A DNA stretch of 64,000 nt from an uncultured Chloroflexia bacterium (GCA_963724295.1 CAVRUC010000002.1:192001-256000), one strand, 5' to 3'. Counted from the stretch's first letter, positions 1 to 9,641 are shown. The notes: generated by a model not told the origin, from the sequence alone. A program made the numbers and translations.

Positions 1-296
1 GAGCGGTCGAGGTCTCGGTGCACGATGATGGTCCCGGGATCCCGCGAGAACATCAGTTGCGCCTGTTCGACAAGTTCTACCGCGTCGCTGCAGCCACGGC
101 TGCACCTGGAGTTGGTATCGGTCTCGCCATCAGCAAAGGGCTGGTCGAAGCTCACGGCGGGACCATTTGGGTTGAGAGCGAGCCCGGTAACGGAACCACG
201 TTTCACTTCACCCTGCCGCTCCCTCCACCGGCCCACGCTCAGCCACGCCAGCCTGAGATTAGAACGTCGCCATCAGGATCGGAGCAGGCGGCATGA
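1..296 (+). CDS. Sensor histidine kinase, C-terminal HATPase_c domain (partial, KdpD-like)
   Basis: DDGPGI, LFDKFYR, GVGIGLAI, HGGTIWV G-box motifs; overlaps start of the response regulator (ATGA); runs off window start. Confidence 0.85.
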   Translation, partial: AVEVSVHDDGPGIPREHQLRLFDKFYRVAAATAAPGVGIGLAISKGLVEAHGGTIWVESEPGNGTTFHFTLPLPPPAHAQPRQPEIRTSPSGSEQAA

Positions 297-1000
297 GCGG
301 CGAGCGGGTGCTGGTCGTGGACGACGAGCCGCAGATCCGGCGCGCACTCAAAAGCGCGTTAACCGCGCACGGTTACGACGTCGCCGTCGCCGAAGATGGC
401 GCCGTGGCGCTGGAGACGATCGCGTCGTGGGCTCCAGACGCCGTCGTCCTCGATCTGGTCATGCCGGGTGTCGACGGGTTCGAGGTGCTGCGACAAACCC
501 GCACCTGGTCGCCCGTGCCGATCATCGTCCTCTCCGCCCGAGGGGGTGAAGCCGACAAGGTTGCCGCCCTCGACCAGGGCGCCGACGACTACCTCACCAA
601 GCCCTTCGGCATGGCCGAGCTCCTGGCGCGGCTGCGGGTGATGTTGCGCCGGGAACGGGTCGAGGCGGCAGAAGAGGTTACCGTGGGCGACGTGACGATC
701 GATTTCAGGCGACACCTCGTCGTTCGCGCTGGCCACGAGGTGCATCTCACGCCGACCGAATTCGACCTGCTTCGCGTGCTGGCGAGTGAGGCGGGGAGGG
801 TGCTTACTCACCGCCAGCTTCTGGAGCGCGTGTGGGGCAGCTACGCTGCCGAGAATTCCCAGCAGCTACGTGTCTATATCAACTACCTTCGTCGCAAGCT
901 GGAAGATGATCCGCGTGATCCGAAGTTGATTGTCACGGAGCCGGGCGTTGGCTACCGGCTGCTTTCCGGCGCCTCACCGCCATCTCCTCAGGAACTCTAA
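293..1000 (+). CDS. kdpE: OmpR-family response regulator, KdpE-like
   Basis: VLVVDDEPQIRR, DLVMPG, KVAALDQGADDYLTKPFG, HLTPTEFDLL, LRRKLEDDP..P..I.TEPGVGYRL are typical of KdpE. Confidence 0.8.
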   Translation: MSGERVLVVDDEPQIRRALKSALTAHGYDVAVAEDGAVALETIASWAPDAVVLDLVMPGVDGFEVLRQTRTWSPVPIIVLSARGGEADKVAALDQGADDYLTKPFGMAELLARLRVMLRRERVEAAEEVTVGDVTIDFRRHLVVRAGHEVHLTPTEFDLLRVLASEAGRVLTHRQLLERVWGSYAAENSQQLRVYINYLRRKLEDDPRDPKLIVTEPGVGYRLLSGASPPSPQEL

Positions 1001-1044
1001 CCAGGTTCTAATCTCGGTCCCCCATTTCCTTACGCGATTCTAAC
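995..1044 (+). promoter_or_regulatory. Four ~11-bp-phased direct repeats (CTCTAAC, TTCTAAT, TCCTTAC, TTCTAAC), candidate OmpR/KdpE-type binding site
   Basis: Copies at 995, 1006, 1027, 1038, followed by TATCGT, upstream of small ORF at 1133. Confidence 0.5.
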
Positions 1045-1132
1045 GACGCCAGTCGTATCGTCTCTTCCTGTCGCGAGCCTATCAACGTGCGACTGCGGAA
1101 TCGACGGCCGGCAAAGTCATCAAGGACCTGGC

Positions 1133-1297
1133 ATGGAGCTCATCATCGGCACGTTCGTGATCGCCGTTGTCCTCATGGCCCTGGCAGCCGTGCGTGTCAG
1201 TCGCATCGGGTCGTGGCGAGCGATGGCGATGATCGCGGCATCGACCGGATCGCTCAAAGCCTGCGTAGCCTTCCTTCGCTACTGCGAGCGACTCTAA
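1133..1297 (+). CDS. 54-aa hydrophobic membrane peptide (not in ORF track)
   Basis: Manual translation MELIIGTFVIAVVLMALAAVRVSRIGSWRAMAMIAASTGSLKACVAFLRYCERL; AAGGA RBS upstream. Confidence 0.55.
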   Translation: MELIIGTFVIAVVLMALAAVRVSRIGSWRAMAMIAASTGSLKACVAFLRYCERL

Positions 1298-1555
1298 GTG
1301 ACCAGTAGCGTGAGCAATGTGCAGGTGACCACGCAGTTCGTATGCGAGCGCAACAGTGAAGATCTGGTCGTCGCGGCCTGCCGGCTCGTTGGGTCCGGCA
1401 ATGAGGTGCGCAGTGTGCATGTCTTGAATCCCAGCCGGCCAACCTATGATGAGCTCTGGTGTTATCAGGAATCAGCGCGCGTCTGCCATGTTCGCTTGAG
1501 TGTCGACGGCACAGGCGTGGTTACGGTGCGTCCAGAATGCGGCGCCCAGGAGTGA
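1298..1555 (+). CDS. Hypothetical protein
   Basis: 85-aa ORF abutting the stop of the peptide gene; globular-looking composition; no recognised motif. Confidence 0.4.
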   Translation: MTSSVSNVQVTTQFVCERNSEDLVVAACRLVGSGNEVRSVHVLNPSRPTYDELWCYQESARVCHVRLSVDGTGVVTVRPECGAQE

Positions 1556-1636
1556 TAGCTGGTTCGAGCCGAGGGGATTGCAGAGCCGCGCCTTTCTCCA
1601 TGTCATAGGCCAGGCCAATCGCCGGCGAGGATCTCC

Positions 1637-2125
1637 CTACCGGATCTGGAAGCGCATCAGCGGCAGCATCCGCCCCGGCATCACCGTCGACTCCGATTCT
1701 CCGGCGCGTTGGGCGCCCATCGCGAGATAGAACCCCTCGGCCTGGGGGTCGCTTTGCAGCACGATCTCCGAGCACCCGAGTTCCGCGGTGGTGGCCACGG
1801 CGTGTCGCCAGAGACGCTTGCCGACCCCTCGACCCATCGCCCCGGGTTCGACGAAGAGAGCGTCGAGCTCCGCCACGCCGACGTCCCGGTGCAGCAATCG
1901 GTAAAACCCCAACGGCGAATCCTCGCCGTCAATGATGAAGACCGTCGAGGTCGCGATGTCATCCGCGGTGAGGGTCAGATCGTCGCGGCAGGCGGCCAGA
2001 AAGTCGGCGTCGTATCCCCAGTGAGCCTTCGCGCGCAGCGCGAGCGCGCTGAGAGCACCGGCCTCTGCAGGGTGAGCGCGGCGGATTGCCGAATCGACAT
2101 CCGAGGTGTTCCTGTTGCCTGTCAT
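1637..2125 (-). CDS. GNAT family N-acetyltransferase
   Basis: LDALFVEPGAMGRGVGKRL acetyl-CoA motif, SDPQAEGFY..MG; start moved to ATG 2125. Confidence 0.9.
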   Translation of the reverse strand: MTGNRNTSDVDSAIRRAHPAEAGALSALALRAKAHWGYDADFLAACRDDLTLTADDIATSTVFIIDGEDSPLGFYRLLHRDVGVAELDALFVEPGAMGRGVGKRLWRHAVATTAELGCSEIVLQSDPQAEGFYLAMGAQRAGESESTVMPGRMLPLMRFQIR

Positions 2126-2227
2126 CCTGCTGCCTGCCTTCACCCTTCCAACGTACCCGACATGCCGGTATCGAGCGTATCCTCCACCGTGTGCCGGCAT
2201 CTGGCGAGGGGCTGAAGGAGTGGTGCA

Positions 2228-2989
2228 ATGACCCGACTCGAGAACACGGTTTGCGTCATCACCGGCGCCGCCTTCGGCATCGGCCGCGCCACGGCGATGC
2301 GCTTCGCCCGGGAAGGCGCCCGCCTCGTCGTCACCGATATCCAGGAGGATCCACTGCTCGAGTTGGCGCGTGAGCTGCGCGAAACCGGGGTCGAGATCGA
2401 AGCCGTTACCGGCGACGTCTCGCTCGTCGACGACGCCCGGCGGATGATCCAGACCGCCGTCGATCGCTTCGGGCGGCTCGACGTGCTGGTGGCGAACGCG
2501 GGAATCATCCCCCTCGGCGACATTCTGGAATCGACCGTCGACGTCTGGGATCAGGTCATGGCCGTCGATGGCCGCGGCATGTGGCTGACCTGCAAATACG
2601 CGATCGAGGCGATGCTGCCAACCGGCGGAGGATCAATCATCTGTCTCTCCTCCATCTCTGGGGTAGAGGGACAGAAGCGGCAATCGACCTACGGCCCGGC
2701 CAAGTTCGTCGCGTCCGGGATTGCCAAGCATCTGGCAATCGAGTGGGCCGACCGCGGTATCCGCGTCAACGCCGTGGCGCCGGGAACGATTCGCACCGAG
2801 CGCGTCATGCGCCTGCCAGAGGAGCCGGGCGGAGTCGAGTATCTCGCGGCGATCGAGCGGATGCACCCCATGGGACGGATCGGTGAACCAGGCGAAGTGG
2901 CGGCCGCCATCCTGTTCCTCGCCTCAGCCGACGCCTCGTTCATCACCGGCGTCATTCTTCCCGTCGACGGCGGCTACTTGGCCCAGTAG
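2228..2989 (+). CDS. SDR family NAD(P)-dependent oxidoreductase
   Basis: TGAAFGIG, NAG, YGPAK (YxxxK), IRVNAVAPG, VDGG; AAGGAG RBS. Confidence 0.95.
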   Translation: MTRLENTVCVITGAAFGIGRATAMRFAREGARLVVTDIQEDPLLELARELRETGVEIEAVTGDVSLVDDARRMIQTAVDRFGRLDVLVANAGIIPLGDILESTVDVWDQVMAVDGRGMWLTCKYAIEAMLPTGGGSIICLSSISGVEGQKRQSTYGPAKFVASGIAKHLAIEWADRGIRVNAVAPGTIRTERVMRLPEEPGGVEYLAAIERMHPMGRIGEPGEVAAAILFLASADASFITGVILPVDGGYLAQ

Positions 2990-2995
2990 GTCCGC

Positions 2996-3156
2996 AAGTC
3001 GGGAGTCGGTAAGTCGGTCAGTCCGTAAGTGAGCACGACGAGTCGTCATTCGGGAGTCGTTTTTCGTCAGTCGGCAGAACGATCACTGGATGGTGGAGTG
3101 GTTAACTTCGTCCTTACCGACTGACCGACTTACCGACTGGCCGACTGGCCGACTCC
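2996..3156. repeat. Octamer tandem repeats (AGTCGGTA/TACCGACT type) in inverted arrangement
   Basis: gtcgggagtcggtaagtcggtcagtccgtaagt ... cttaccgactgaccgacttaccgactggccgactggccgact between convergent genes. Confidence 0.8.
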
Positions 3157-3157
3157 G

Positions 3158-4124
3158 TCACTGGCATACCCACTCCCGCCTCCGGCCCTGCGACCACATC
3201 CAGGCGGCGGCGTGGGCGCTGGCGCGAGGGTCGAAGATGTCGTACTCCGCGAACGGGGTGCCCAGCCAGGTACCCGGCTTGAACTGGAACAGCCCGTACG
3301 ACCCGCCCCGCGCATTGACCGCCGTCGGCACGAGATCGGACTCACAGCGGGCCACCCGCAACATGTCCGCGCGCGGTTGTCCGTAGCGGTCGGCGGCGTC
3401 ATAGATGATGGCGATCAGCTCGCGCCGCGACCAGGACGTCGCATCCCGATCGGATCTGACCGGAGCTCGGCGGCGGGTGGCGAGATGCTTACCAAAGGCC
3501 CAGCCGGTGGCGTCCTGCCAGCGGACTTCGACAAATCCGTCACGGTGCTCCCCCGTCGGCACCACCCGCTCGCCGCGGGGCATCACGGCTGTCACCGGCG
3601 CGTCCTGACTCGGGCTTTGCCGGAGATTGAGATCCTTCGCGGTGATGATTTCGGCCGAGCCGCGAGGTGAAGCATCCTGATCTCGGCCATTTCGGCGCTC
3701 TCGGGCGCGGCCGCGAGTTCCTTGCTCCAACGCGACGACGTTCGAGTCGCGCGGGTGCTTCGCCCGATTGCCTGTCGCCGGTCGAGACCAATGGCTCCGT
3801 GGCCAGGTCACCGGTGAGCACATATCCTTCGAGCTGGCCGTGGCGGACCCGATACCAGCCGTTCTCCGCCTTGCCGTGGACCATCACCGTCGCCCCTTCG
3901 GGCAGTCGCAGGAGAGGCTCAGCATGGGGATCCGGTGCGGCGCGGAGGCGGGTTTGGGTGATGGCCGCGGCCGATCGCGACGGCACCCGCGCCAATACCG
4001 GCAGCGCCACAGCGCTCAACTCGAACAGGAGGAGCAGGATCAGGAGGGCAGCGCGTGATTTCCGGTCCCGGCGGCCGGAGAGGAGCGGCGCGTCCGCTGA
4101 GCGATTGCCGTCGAGGTGAAGCAT
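3158..4124 (-). CDS. Secreted 2xSH3b + Rpf/lytic transglycosylase-like protein, interrupted by a frameshift near 3740-3790
   Basis: Signal region and SH3 in frame 3540..4235; second SH3 (LNLRQSPS) and ARCES...YGLFQF...QG..EWVCQ domain in frame 3158..3823. Confidence 0.8.
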
Positions 4125-4272
4125 CTCAGCATCAGCACGGTGGTCACGCTCGATGACGTCGCCCCAGGTCAGCCGGGGGCTCGGTGTCACACGCACACCA
4201 TGACACTCCAGCGGGCTCCATGCGGCGTCGATCAACTGAGAATACTACCTGCGTGTGAGAGAGACAGGGTTA

Positions 4273-4430
4273 GCCCCTCATCCCCAACCCTGAACGCCCC
4301 TCATCCCCGGCCCTTCTGCCCCTCGGAGCGGGGAGAAGGGAGAACGGCCAGCGACGGCGTTGAAAGCCCCTCTCCCAGCGGACTGGGAGAGGGGTTGGGG
4401 TGAGGGTTGTAGAGAGGTTGGGAGTGAGGG
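4273..4430. repeat. REP-like palindromic element (CCCCTCATCCCCAACCC...CTCTCCC...GGGAGAGGGG...GGGGTGAGGG)
   Basis: Nested hairpins; closely related copy at 18802-18965. Confidence 0.85.
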
Positions 4431-4469
4431 CCGTTTGCGGAGAGGCGATCGGAGCGACGGTCGTCCCGC

Positions 4470-4520
4470 CGTCTACTTACCGACTAACCGACTTCCCGAC
4501 TGCCCGACTACTGACTACCC
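4470..4520. repeat. Octamer CCGACT(T/A)AC-type tandem repeats
   Basis: cttaccgactaaccgacttcccgactgcccgactactgactac. Confidence 0.7.
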
Positions 4521-4527
4521 ACCCGCC

Positions 4528-5301
4528 CTACTGGCAGACCCAGCTACTCTTTTGCCCTTGAGACCACAACCATCCCGCGGCATTGGCGCTGGCCCAGGGA
4601 TCGTAGATGTCGTATTCGCCGTAGGGAGTGCCGGCAAAGGTGCTGGGCACAAACTGGAAGAGACCATGGTAGGCGCCACCGCCACCGACCGCGTTCGGAT
4701 CGAGACCCGACTCGCAGCGCGCGACTCGCAGCATGTCCTCGCGAGACTGCCCGTAGTTCTCGGCGGCCTCGTAGATGATGTCGATGATCTGGTCTTCGCT
4801 GTAGCTCGCGCCACCGGGGCCATAGGTGCCGCCGGTAACCGGTTCGGCGGACGCCGCCTCGACCGGTGCGCCACCATCGGAGTAGATCGGATCCGCGGTC
4901 ACCGTCTGGACGCCGCCGTTGCCGGCCTCATCTGTGGAGCCGCGGTCGCGGCCACCACCGTTGCCACCACCACCGCCATTGCCGCCGTCGTTTGCGACCT
5001 GGAGCAGACCGGCGGTGGCCCAGCCACTGATGCCGTCGTAGGTCACGGGGTAGTAGCCGTCGACAGGATCACCGTCGACGCTCATGACGGCGCCGGCCGG
5101 GGCTACGGTCAGGATGCCGTACTGCCCACCGGGACCGGCCAGAATCAGGGTGTCGCCAAGCGCCTGCCCATCCTGGGCCAGCGCCACGCGGTCGATCGAC
5201 GGCAGGAAGGCGGACCCAAGACCCGAGACGATCGTAACAACCGCGAGAAAGGCGGCGACCCTGAGGAAGCGGCGGGGGCCGCGGGATCGCGGGGACTGCA
5301 T
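4528..5301 (-). CDS. Secreted SH3b + Gly-rich linker + Rpf/lytic transglycosylase-like protein
   Basis: Signal peptide ending VALA|Q; SH3-like segment; MLRVARCES, YHGLFQF, WSQGQKSSWVCQ; paralog of 3158 gene. Confidence 0.88.
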   Translation of the reverse strand: MQSPRSRGPRRFLRVAAFLAVVTIVSGLGSAFLPSIDRVALAQDGQALGDTLILAGPGGQYGILTVAPAGAVMSVDGDPVDGYYPVTYDGISGWATAGLLQVANDGGNGGGGGNGGGRDRGSTDEAGNGGVQTVTADPIYSDGGAPVEAASAEPVTGGTYGPGGASYSEDQIIDIIYEAAENYGQSREDMLRVARCESGLDPNAVGGGGAYHGLFQFVPSTFAGTPYGEYDIYDPWASANAAGWLWSQGQKSSWVCQ

Positions 5302-5721
5302 GTGACCTTCCCTCGTCCGTCACCACTCGGTCTGCAAGTCCAAGGCAGCGGGGCACGATGGTCCCGACCTGACACTCGCTGACCGACCGGTGATGGATCT
5401 TCCCAGCCGGAGCGCCCATCCGCGTCCGACCGTTTTGACGATGCGCCTGCATCGCCGGCCGCGAGTTCGGAGCAACCCCTCGGTGCTCCAGGCGCCAGAG
5501 TCGCGCTGCCGGACCTCCCTGGGGTTCGGTGGCGGCGTCTGCTCGCGGGGTCGCCCGGGCATCCCTTCCCGGACTAGTGACCTCGTGACAATGAACGCGC
5601 GCGAGGCGAGATCGGATTCATTCCTGACACGCGTCCTGTGCCAGGTTGTCCGCGGATGGGGGTATTGCATTTCTTGATCTAGTACTGCACAATGTCCCCC
5701 ACAACCGAAGAAGGAACCACA

Positions 5722-5822
5722 CTCATCCAGAGGGGCGGAGGGATCGGCCCATTGAAGCCCCAGCAACCACCCGGATTTCCGGGCAGGTGCTAAGTCCGAC
5801 AGCACGGAGCTGGGAGATGAGG
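5722..5822 (+). ncRNA. SAM-I riboswitch (S-box)
   Basis: CTCATCCAGAG..GGAGGGA.CGGCCC..TGAAGCC.CAGCAACC..GGTGCTAA.TCC..GATGAG matches the S-box consensus; P1 CTCATC/GATGAG; lies upstream of a sulfur-compound transporter. Confidence 0.95.
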
Positions 5823-5859
5823 TTGGTTGTTCCAGCGACCGCAGTTCGTCGCACGGACA

Positions 5860-5890
5860 CCCCCCATCTCCCACAGAGAGGGGGTTTTTG
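5860..5890 (+). terminator. Intrinsic terminator of the SAM riboswitch expression platform
   Basis: CCCCCATCTC-ccaca-GAGAGGGGG followed by TTTTT; 5' arm is complementary to GGGAGATG in the P1 3' strand (antiterminator). Confidence 0.85.
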
Positions 5891-5923
5891 TTGCCCCCGT
5901 CCTGGTAGTTGAGGGAGGCGCGG

Positions 5924-6643
5924 GTGGCGGAGGCAGTCTCGGTACAGGGAGTGGCGCGGGTCTTTGCCGGCCAGGCAGGTCAGGTCGCGGTCTTGCGGGG
6001 GGTTGACCTCGAGGCGGCGCCCGGCGAGTTCGTGGCTGTCCTGGGCGCCAGCGGTTGCGGCAAGAGCACGTTGCTCAGGCTCGTGGCTGGTCTCGACACC
6101 GCTACGGCGGGTGAGATCAGGATCGGTGGCCGCACCGTGACCGACTGTGACCCTCGCTGCGCGATGGTCTTCCAGGAGCCGCGGCTCTTGCCCTGGAAGA
6201 GCGTCGCCCAGAACGTCGCCCTGGGCGCGCGCGGTGTTCCGGATGCGGAGACGCCAGCGGCGATGCTGGAGCGCGTCGGGCTTTCAGGCAGCGAGCGATC
6301 CTGGCCGTACCAGCTCTCCGGCGGTATGGCGCAACGCGTCGGCCTGGCGCGCGCGTTCGTCCGCAAGCCCGCGGTTCTCCTGTTGGACGAGCCGTTCGCC
6401 TCGCTCGACGCGTTCACTCGCCTGCAGATGGGTGACCTCCTGCGCGAGATCTGCCGCGATCGCTCCCGAACCGTGCTGCTGGTGACCCACGACGTCGATG
6501 AGGCGCTGCGCCTCGCCGATCGCATTGTGCTCCTCGGCGGCAAACCGGCGTCCGTCATCGCCGAGTACGCCATGACGGGTCATGACCCAATTCGCCTGCG
6601 CGCCGAGATTCTTGGTCGATTTGGGCTAAAGGAGGTGGCGTGA
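5924..6643 (+). CDS. ssuB: Aliphatic sulfonate/taurine-type ABC transporter ATP-binding protein
   Basis: GASGCGKS Walker A, FQEPRLLPW, LSGGMAQR, LLLDEPF, VTHD; GGGAGG RBS. Confidence 0.88.
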   Translation: MAEAVSVQGVARVFAGQAGQVAVLRGVDLEAAPGEFVAVLGASGCGKSTLLRLVAGLDTATAGEIRIGGRTVTDCDPRCAMVFQEPRLLPWKSVAQNVALGARGVPDAETPAAMLERVGLSGSERSWPYQLSGGMAQRVGLARAFVRKPAVLLLDEPFASLDAFTRLQMGDLLREICRDRSRTVLLVTHDVDEALRLADRIVLLGGKPASVIAEYAMTGHDPIRLRAEILGRFGLKEVA

Positions 6644-6737
6644 CAATCGGCGCCGGGACGTGTGTCCGGGCCTGGACCGGGGCCGCTGCCCCGGAACGAA
6701 TGACTCGAAACGATTCAGTCAGGAAAGGACGACGGAC

Positions 6738-7748
6738 ATGAGCATTTCACGACGCACGGTGATTCAGGGTCTGGCGGCGCTCGGGGTTGTCCCGGTGCTG
6801 GGTGCCGCGTCCCGCGGCGTCTCCGCGCAGGAGCAGCCGGCGACGGTCCGCCTCGACTATGCCTACTACAACCCCAGCAGCCTTGCCCTGCGGCGCTTCG
6901 GCTGGCTGGAGGAGACATTGCAAGAGCAGGGCATCGGGGTCGAGTGGGTGCTCAGCGCCGGCAGCAACAAGGCGAACGAGTACCTGCGCTCTGAAGCCAT
7001 CGACTTTGGATCGACGGCGGGAGCGGCCGCGCTGCTGGCGCGTGCCAATGGCTCGCCGATCAAGACCGTCTATATCTATTCAAAGCCGGAGTGGACGGCT
7101 CTGGTGGTGCCGGCCGATTCCCCCATCACCTCGGTTGCCGAGCTCAAAGGGAAAAAAATTGCGGCCACCAAAGGCACGGATCCCTATTTCTTCCTGCTTC
7201 GTTCCTTGAACGAGGCCGGGCTCTCCGGGACGGACGTCGAAGTGGTCAACCTGCAGCATGCCGATGGCCGAGTGGCGTTGGAGCGAGGGGAGGTCGATGC
7301 CTGGGCCGGACTCGACCCGCACATGGCGGCCAGCGAGCTTGAAGCGGGCTCGAAGCTCCTCTATCGGAATATCGACTTCAACACCTATGGCTTCCTCAAC
7401 GCCAACGAAGAGTTCATCACCCAGTTCCCGGAGCTGACCGCCACGGTGCTGCAAGCCTATGAGCGGGCACGGCTGTGGATTCTCGAGAACCCGGAAGAAG
7501 CCGCGCAGATTCTGGCCGAAGAGGCGAAGATCTCGAGCGAGGTCGCGCAGCGCGAGCTCTTCGAGCGGACGGTTCTCGACATGGACCCGGTGCCGGGAGA
7601 GACGCACGCCGAGGTGCTGCGCGCGGTCATTCCTATCTTTGTGGCGGAGAACCAGGTCAAGCCGGGAACTGACGTCGAAGCGGTGCTGACCGAGTTGCTC
7701 GCTCCGGAAACCGCGGCGAGTGTCGTCGCCGCGGAGCCAGCCGCCTGA
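6738..7748 (+). CDS. ssuA: Aliphatic sulfonate ABC transporter substrate-binding protein (Tat signal)
   Basis: ISRRTVI Tat motif; LDYAYYNP, GSNKANE, LKGKKIAATKGTDPY, VDAWAGLDP. Confidence 0.88.
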   Translation: MSISRRTVIQGLAALGVVPVLGAASRGVSAQEQPATVRLDYAYYNPSSLALRRFGWLEETLQEQGIGVEWVLSAGSNKANEYLRSEAIDFGSTAGAAALLARANGSPIKTVYIYSKPEWTALVVPADSPITSVAELKGKKIAATKGTDPYFFLLRSLNEAGLSGTDVEVVNLQHADGRVALERGEVDAWAGLDPHMAASELEAGSKLLYRNIDFNTYGFLNANEEFITQFPELTATVLQAYERARLWILENPEEAAQILAEEAKISSEVAQRELFERTVLDMDPVPGETHAEVLRAVIPIFVAENQVKPGTDVEAVLTELLAPETAASVVAAEPAA

Positions 7749-8611
7749 TGGTGAGTATGGAGCCGGTCATCGAACGAGGAGGGACACGAGTCGCGACCGC
7801 CGAGCCGCGGTCACGGCTCGTGTCGCCACGCGCCCGCCTCCCGATCAGTGGCATCGGCGCGGTGCGGGCGCTCATCGTCCCGCTCCTCATCCTGGCACTG
7901 TGGCAGTTGGCGGTGGACCGGGAATTCTATTCGCGCGGTCAGCTTCCGGCGCCGCTCGACGTCATCGCCGCCGGGCGCGAGCTGCAGGATATCGGCCTCC
8001 TCGTCCCCAACGTGCTGGCCAGCGTGCAGCGGGTGAGTATCGGCTGGGGCGTCGGCGCCGCGGTTGCCATCGTCCTTGGGCTCGCGGTCGGGTTCTCACG
8101 GCCGGTGGAGAGCCTGCTGAACCCGACGCTCAATGCGCTGCGAGCGGTGCCGTCGCTGGCCTGGGTGCCGCTGTTCGTGCTCTGGCTCGGCATCGGCGAA
8201 ACGCCAAAGCTGACCCTGATCGCCCTTGGGGCGTTCTTCCCGGTGTACACCAACCTCGTCTCCGGGATCCGCCAGATCGACCGCAAGCTGATCGAGGTCG
8301 GGCACGCCTACGGATTGCGTGGCTGGAATCTAATGCGTGAGATCTTGCTGCCGGCGGCGTTCCCATCGCTTGCAACCGGGCTGCGCATGGGTCTGGCCCA
8401 GGCCTGGCTCTTCTTGGTGGCCGCCGAGCTGATCGCGGCCTCCCGGGGACTCGGTTTCCTGCTCATCGACGGTCAGAACAGCGGCCGGGCTGACATCATT
8501 CTGTTGAGCATCCTGCTCCTGGCATTGCTCGGAAAAGGAACCGACTGGCTCCTGGCCCGCGGCGAGCGAAGGCTTCTCCGCTGGAGCGACACGTTCCGGG
8601 GAACGGCGTAG
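7748..8611 (+). CDS. ssuC: ABC transporter permease (SsuC/TauC family)
   Basis: LRAVPSLAWVPL..LWLGIGE, EAA-like loop, LVAAELIAASRGLG. Confidence 0.9.
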   Translation: MVSMEPVIERGGTRVATAEPRSRLVSPRARLPISGIGAVRALIVPLLILALWQLAVDREFYSRGQLPAPLDVIAAGRELQDIGLLVPNVLASVQRVSIGWGVGAAVAIVLGLAVGFSRPVESLLNPTLNALRAVPSLAWVPLFVLWLGIGETPKLTLIALGAFFPVYTNLVSGIRQIDRKLIEVGHAYGLRGWNLMREILLPAAFPSLATGLRMGLAQAWLFLVAAELIAASRGLGFLLIDGQNSGRADIILLSILLLALLGKGTDWLLARGERRLLRWSDTFRGTA

Positions 8612-8800
8612 CGAGGGGGTGCCGGCTTCGCCTCAGGGGGAGAAGGGGGTCGCTTCGCTCAAGGGTGACGAGGGGGAGAGGACGACGGGTCTTTTCGACT
8701 CTTCGACTGCCCGACTTCTCGACTACGCTCGTCCTTGCCGTCTTGCCGTCTTGCCGTCTTCCTCGACTTACCGACTTACCAACTCACGACTTCCTGACTT
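8612..8800. repeat. REP-like CTCAGGGGG element plus octamer CTCGACTT/TTGCCGTC tandem repeats
   Basis: gagggggtgccggcttcgcctcagggggag matches 48780-48810; followed by cgactt-type octamers. Confidence 0.75.
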
Positions 8801-8816
8801 ACGCCGGAGGCACCAC

Positions 8817-9641
8817 GTGCGCTACGGAATCATCCTCACCGCGGGCGACATCCACGAGATGGTCGCGATGGCCGCGGAAGCGGAAGGCGCCGGTTGGGAC
8901 GGGGTCTTCTACTGGGATGCGATTGCCATCCCGGGCGCCGATCCGATCTATGACCCGTGGGTGACAATGGCCGCTATCGCCATGCGCACCGAGCGGGTCC
9001 GTTTTGGGGCCATCATCACCCCGCCCTCCCGGCGGCGCCCCTGGAAGCTCGCGCGCGAGACGATGACGCTCGACCATCTCTCCGGCGGCCGGGTCGTCCT
9101 CCCCGTGGGGCTGGGCGCGCTGGACGACCCCGGCTTCGGCGGAGTGGGTGAGGCGACCGATCGCCGCGTTCGGGCCGAGCTGCTCGACGAAAGCCTGGAG
9201 ATTCTGACCCGCGCCTGGAGTGGTGCGCCATTCACGTACGAGGGGAAGCACTACCAGACGGCGGAGATGACCTTCCGCCCCCCGTCGGTGCAGCAGCCGC
9301 GCATTCCGATCTGGGTGGTTGCCATCTGGCCTCGCCCCAAGAGCATCGACCGCGCCTTCCGCTACGACGGCATCATGCCGTCTGTCGGCCCTCCTCCCAA
9401 CGGATCGCCATCAGCTGACGATATCCGGACCATCGCTGCGGCGGCGCGCGAGCACAAGGGCAAAGGCGAGCCCTTCGACATCATCGTTGAAGGCACGACC
9501 CCCGCCAGTGAACCGCAGGCCGCGCGAGAGCGTGTGCTCCCGCTCGCGGAAGCGGGCGCCACCTGGTGGATCGAGTCTCCCTGGGATGCTCCTTCGGTGA
9601 CCAGACTGCGCCAACGAATTGCCGCGGGACCACCGCGGTGA
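8817..9641 (+). CDS. LLM class flavin-dependent oxidoreductase (luciferase-like)
   Basis: AEGAGWDGVFYWD, DPWVTMAAIA.RTERVRFG, TLDHLSGGR; GGAGG RBS before GTG 8817. Confidence 0.9.
   Translation: MRYGIILTAGDIHEMVAMAAEAEGAGWDGVFYWDAIAIPGADPIYDPWVTMAAIAMRTERVRFGAIITPPSRRRPWKLARETMTLDHLSGGRVVLPVGLGALDDPGFGGVGEATDRRVRAELLDESLEILTRAWSGAPFTYEGKHYQTAEMTFRPPSVQQPRIPIWVVAIWPRPKSIDRAFRYDGIMPSVGPPPNGSPSADDIRTIAAAAREHKGKGEPFDIIVEGTTPASEPQAARERVLPLAEAGATWWIESPWDAPSVTRLRQRIAAGPPR

Noticed and set aside
5302..5640. c-di-AMP (ydaO) riboswitch or SRP RNA call
   Set aside because: Core motifs (GGGGTGAATC, GTCAGCTAAC; CAGG.CCGGAAGG.AGCAGC) not found; kept only as a weak candidate leader
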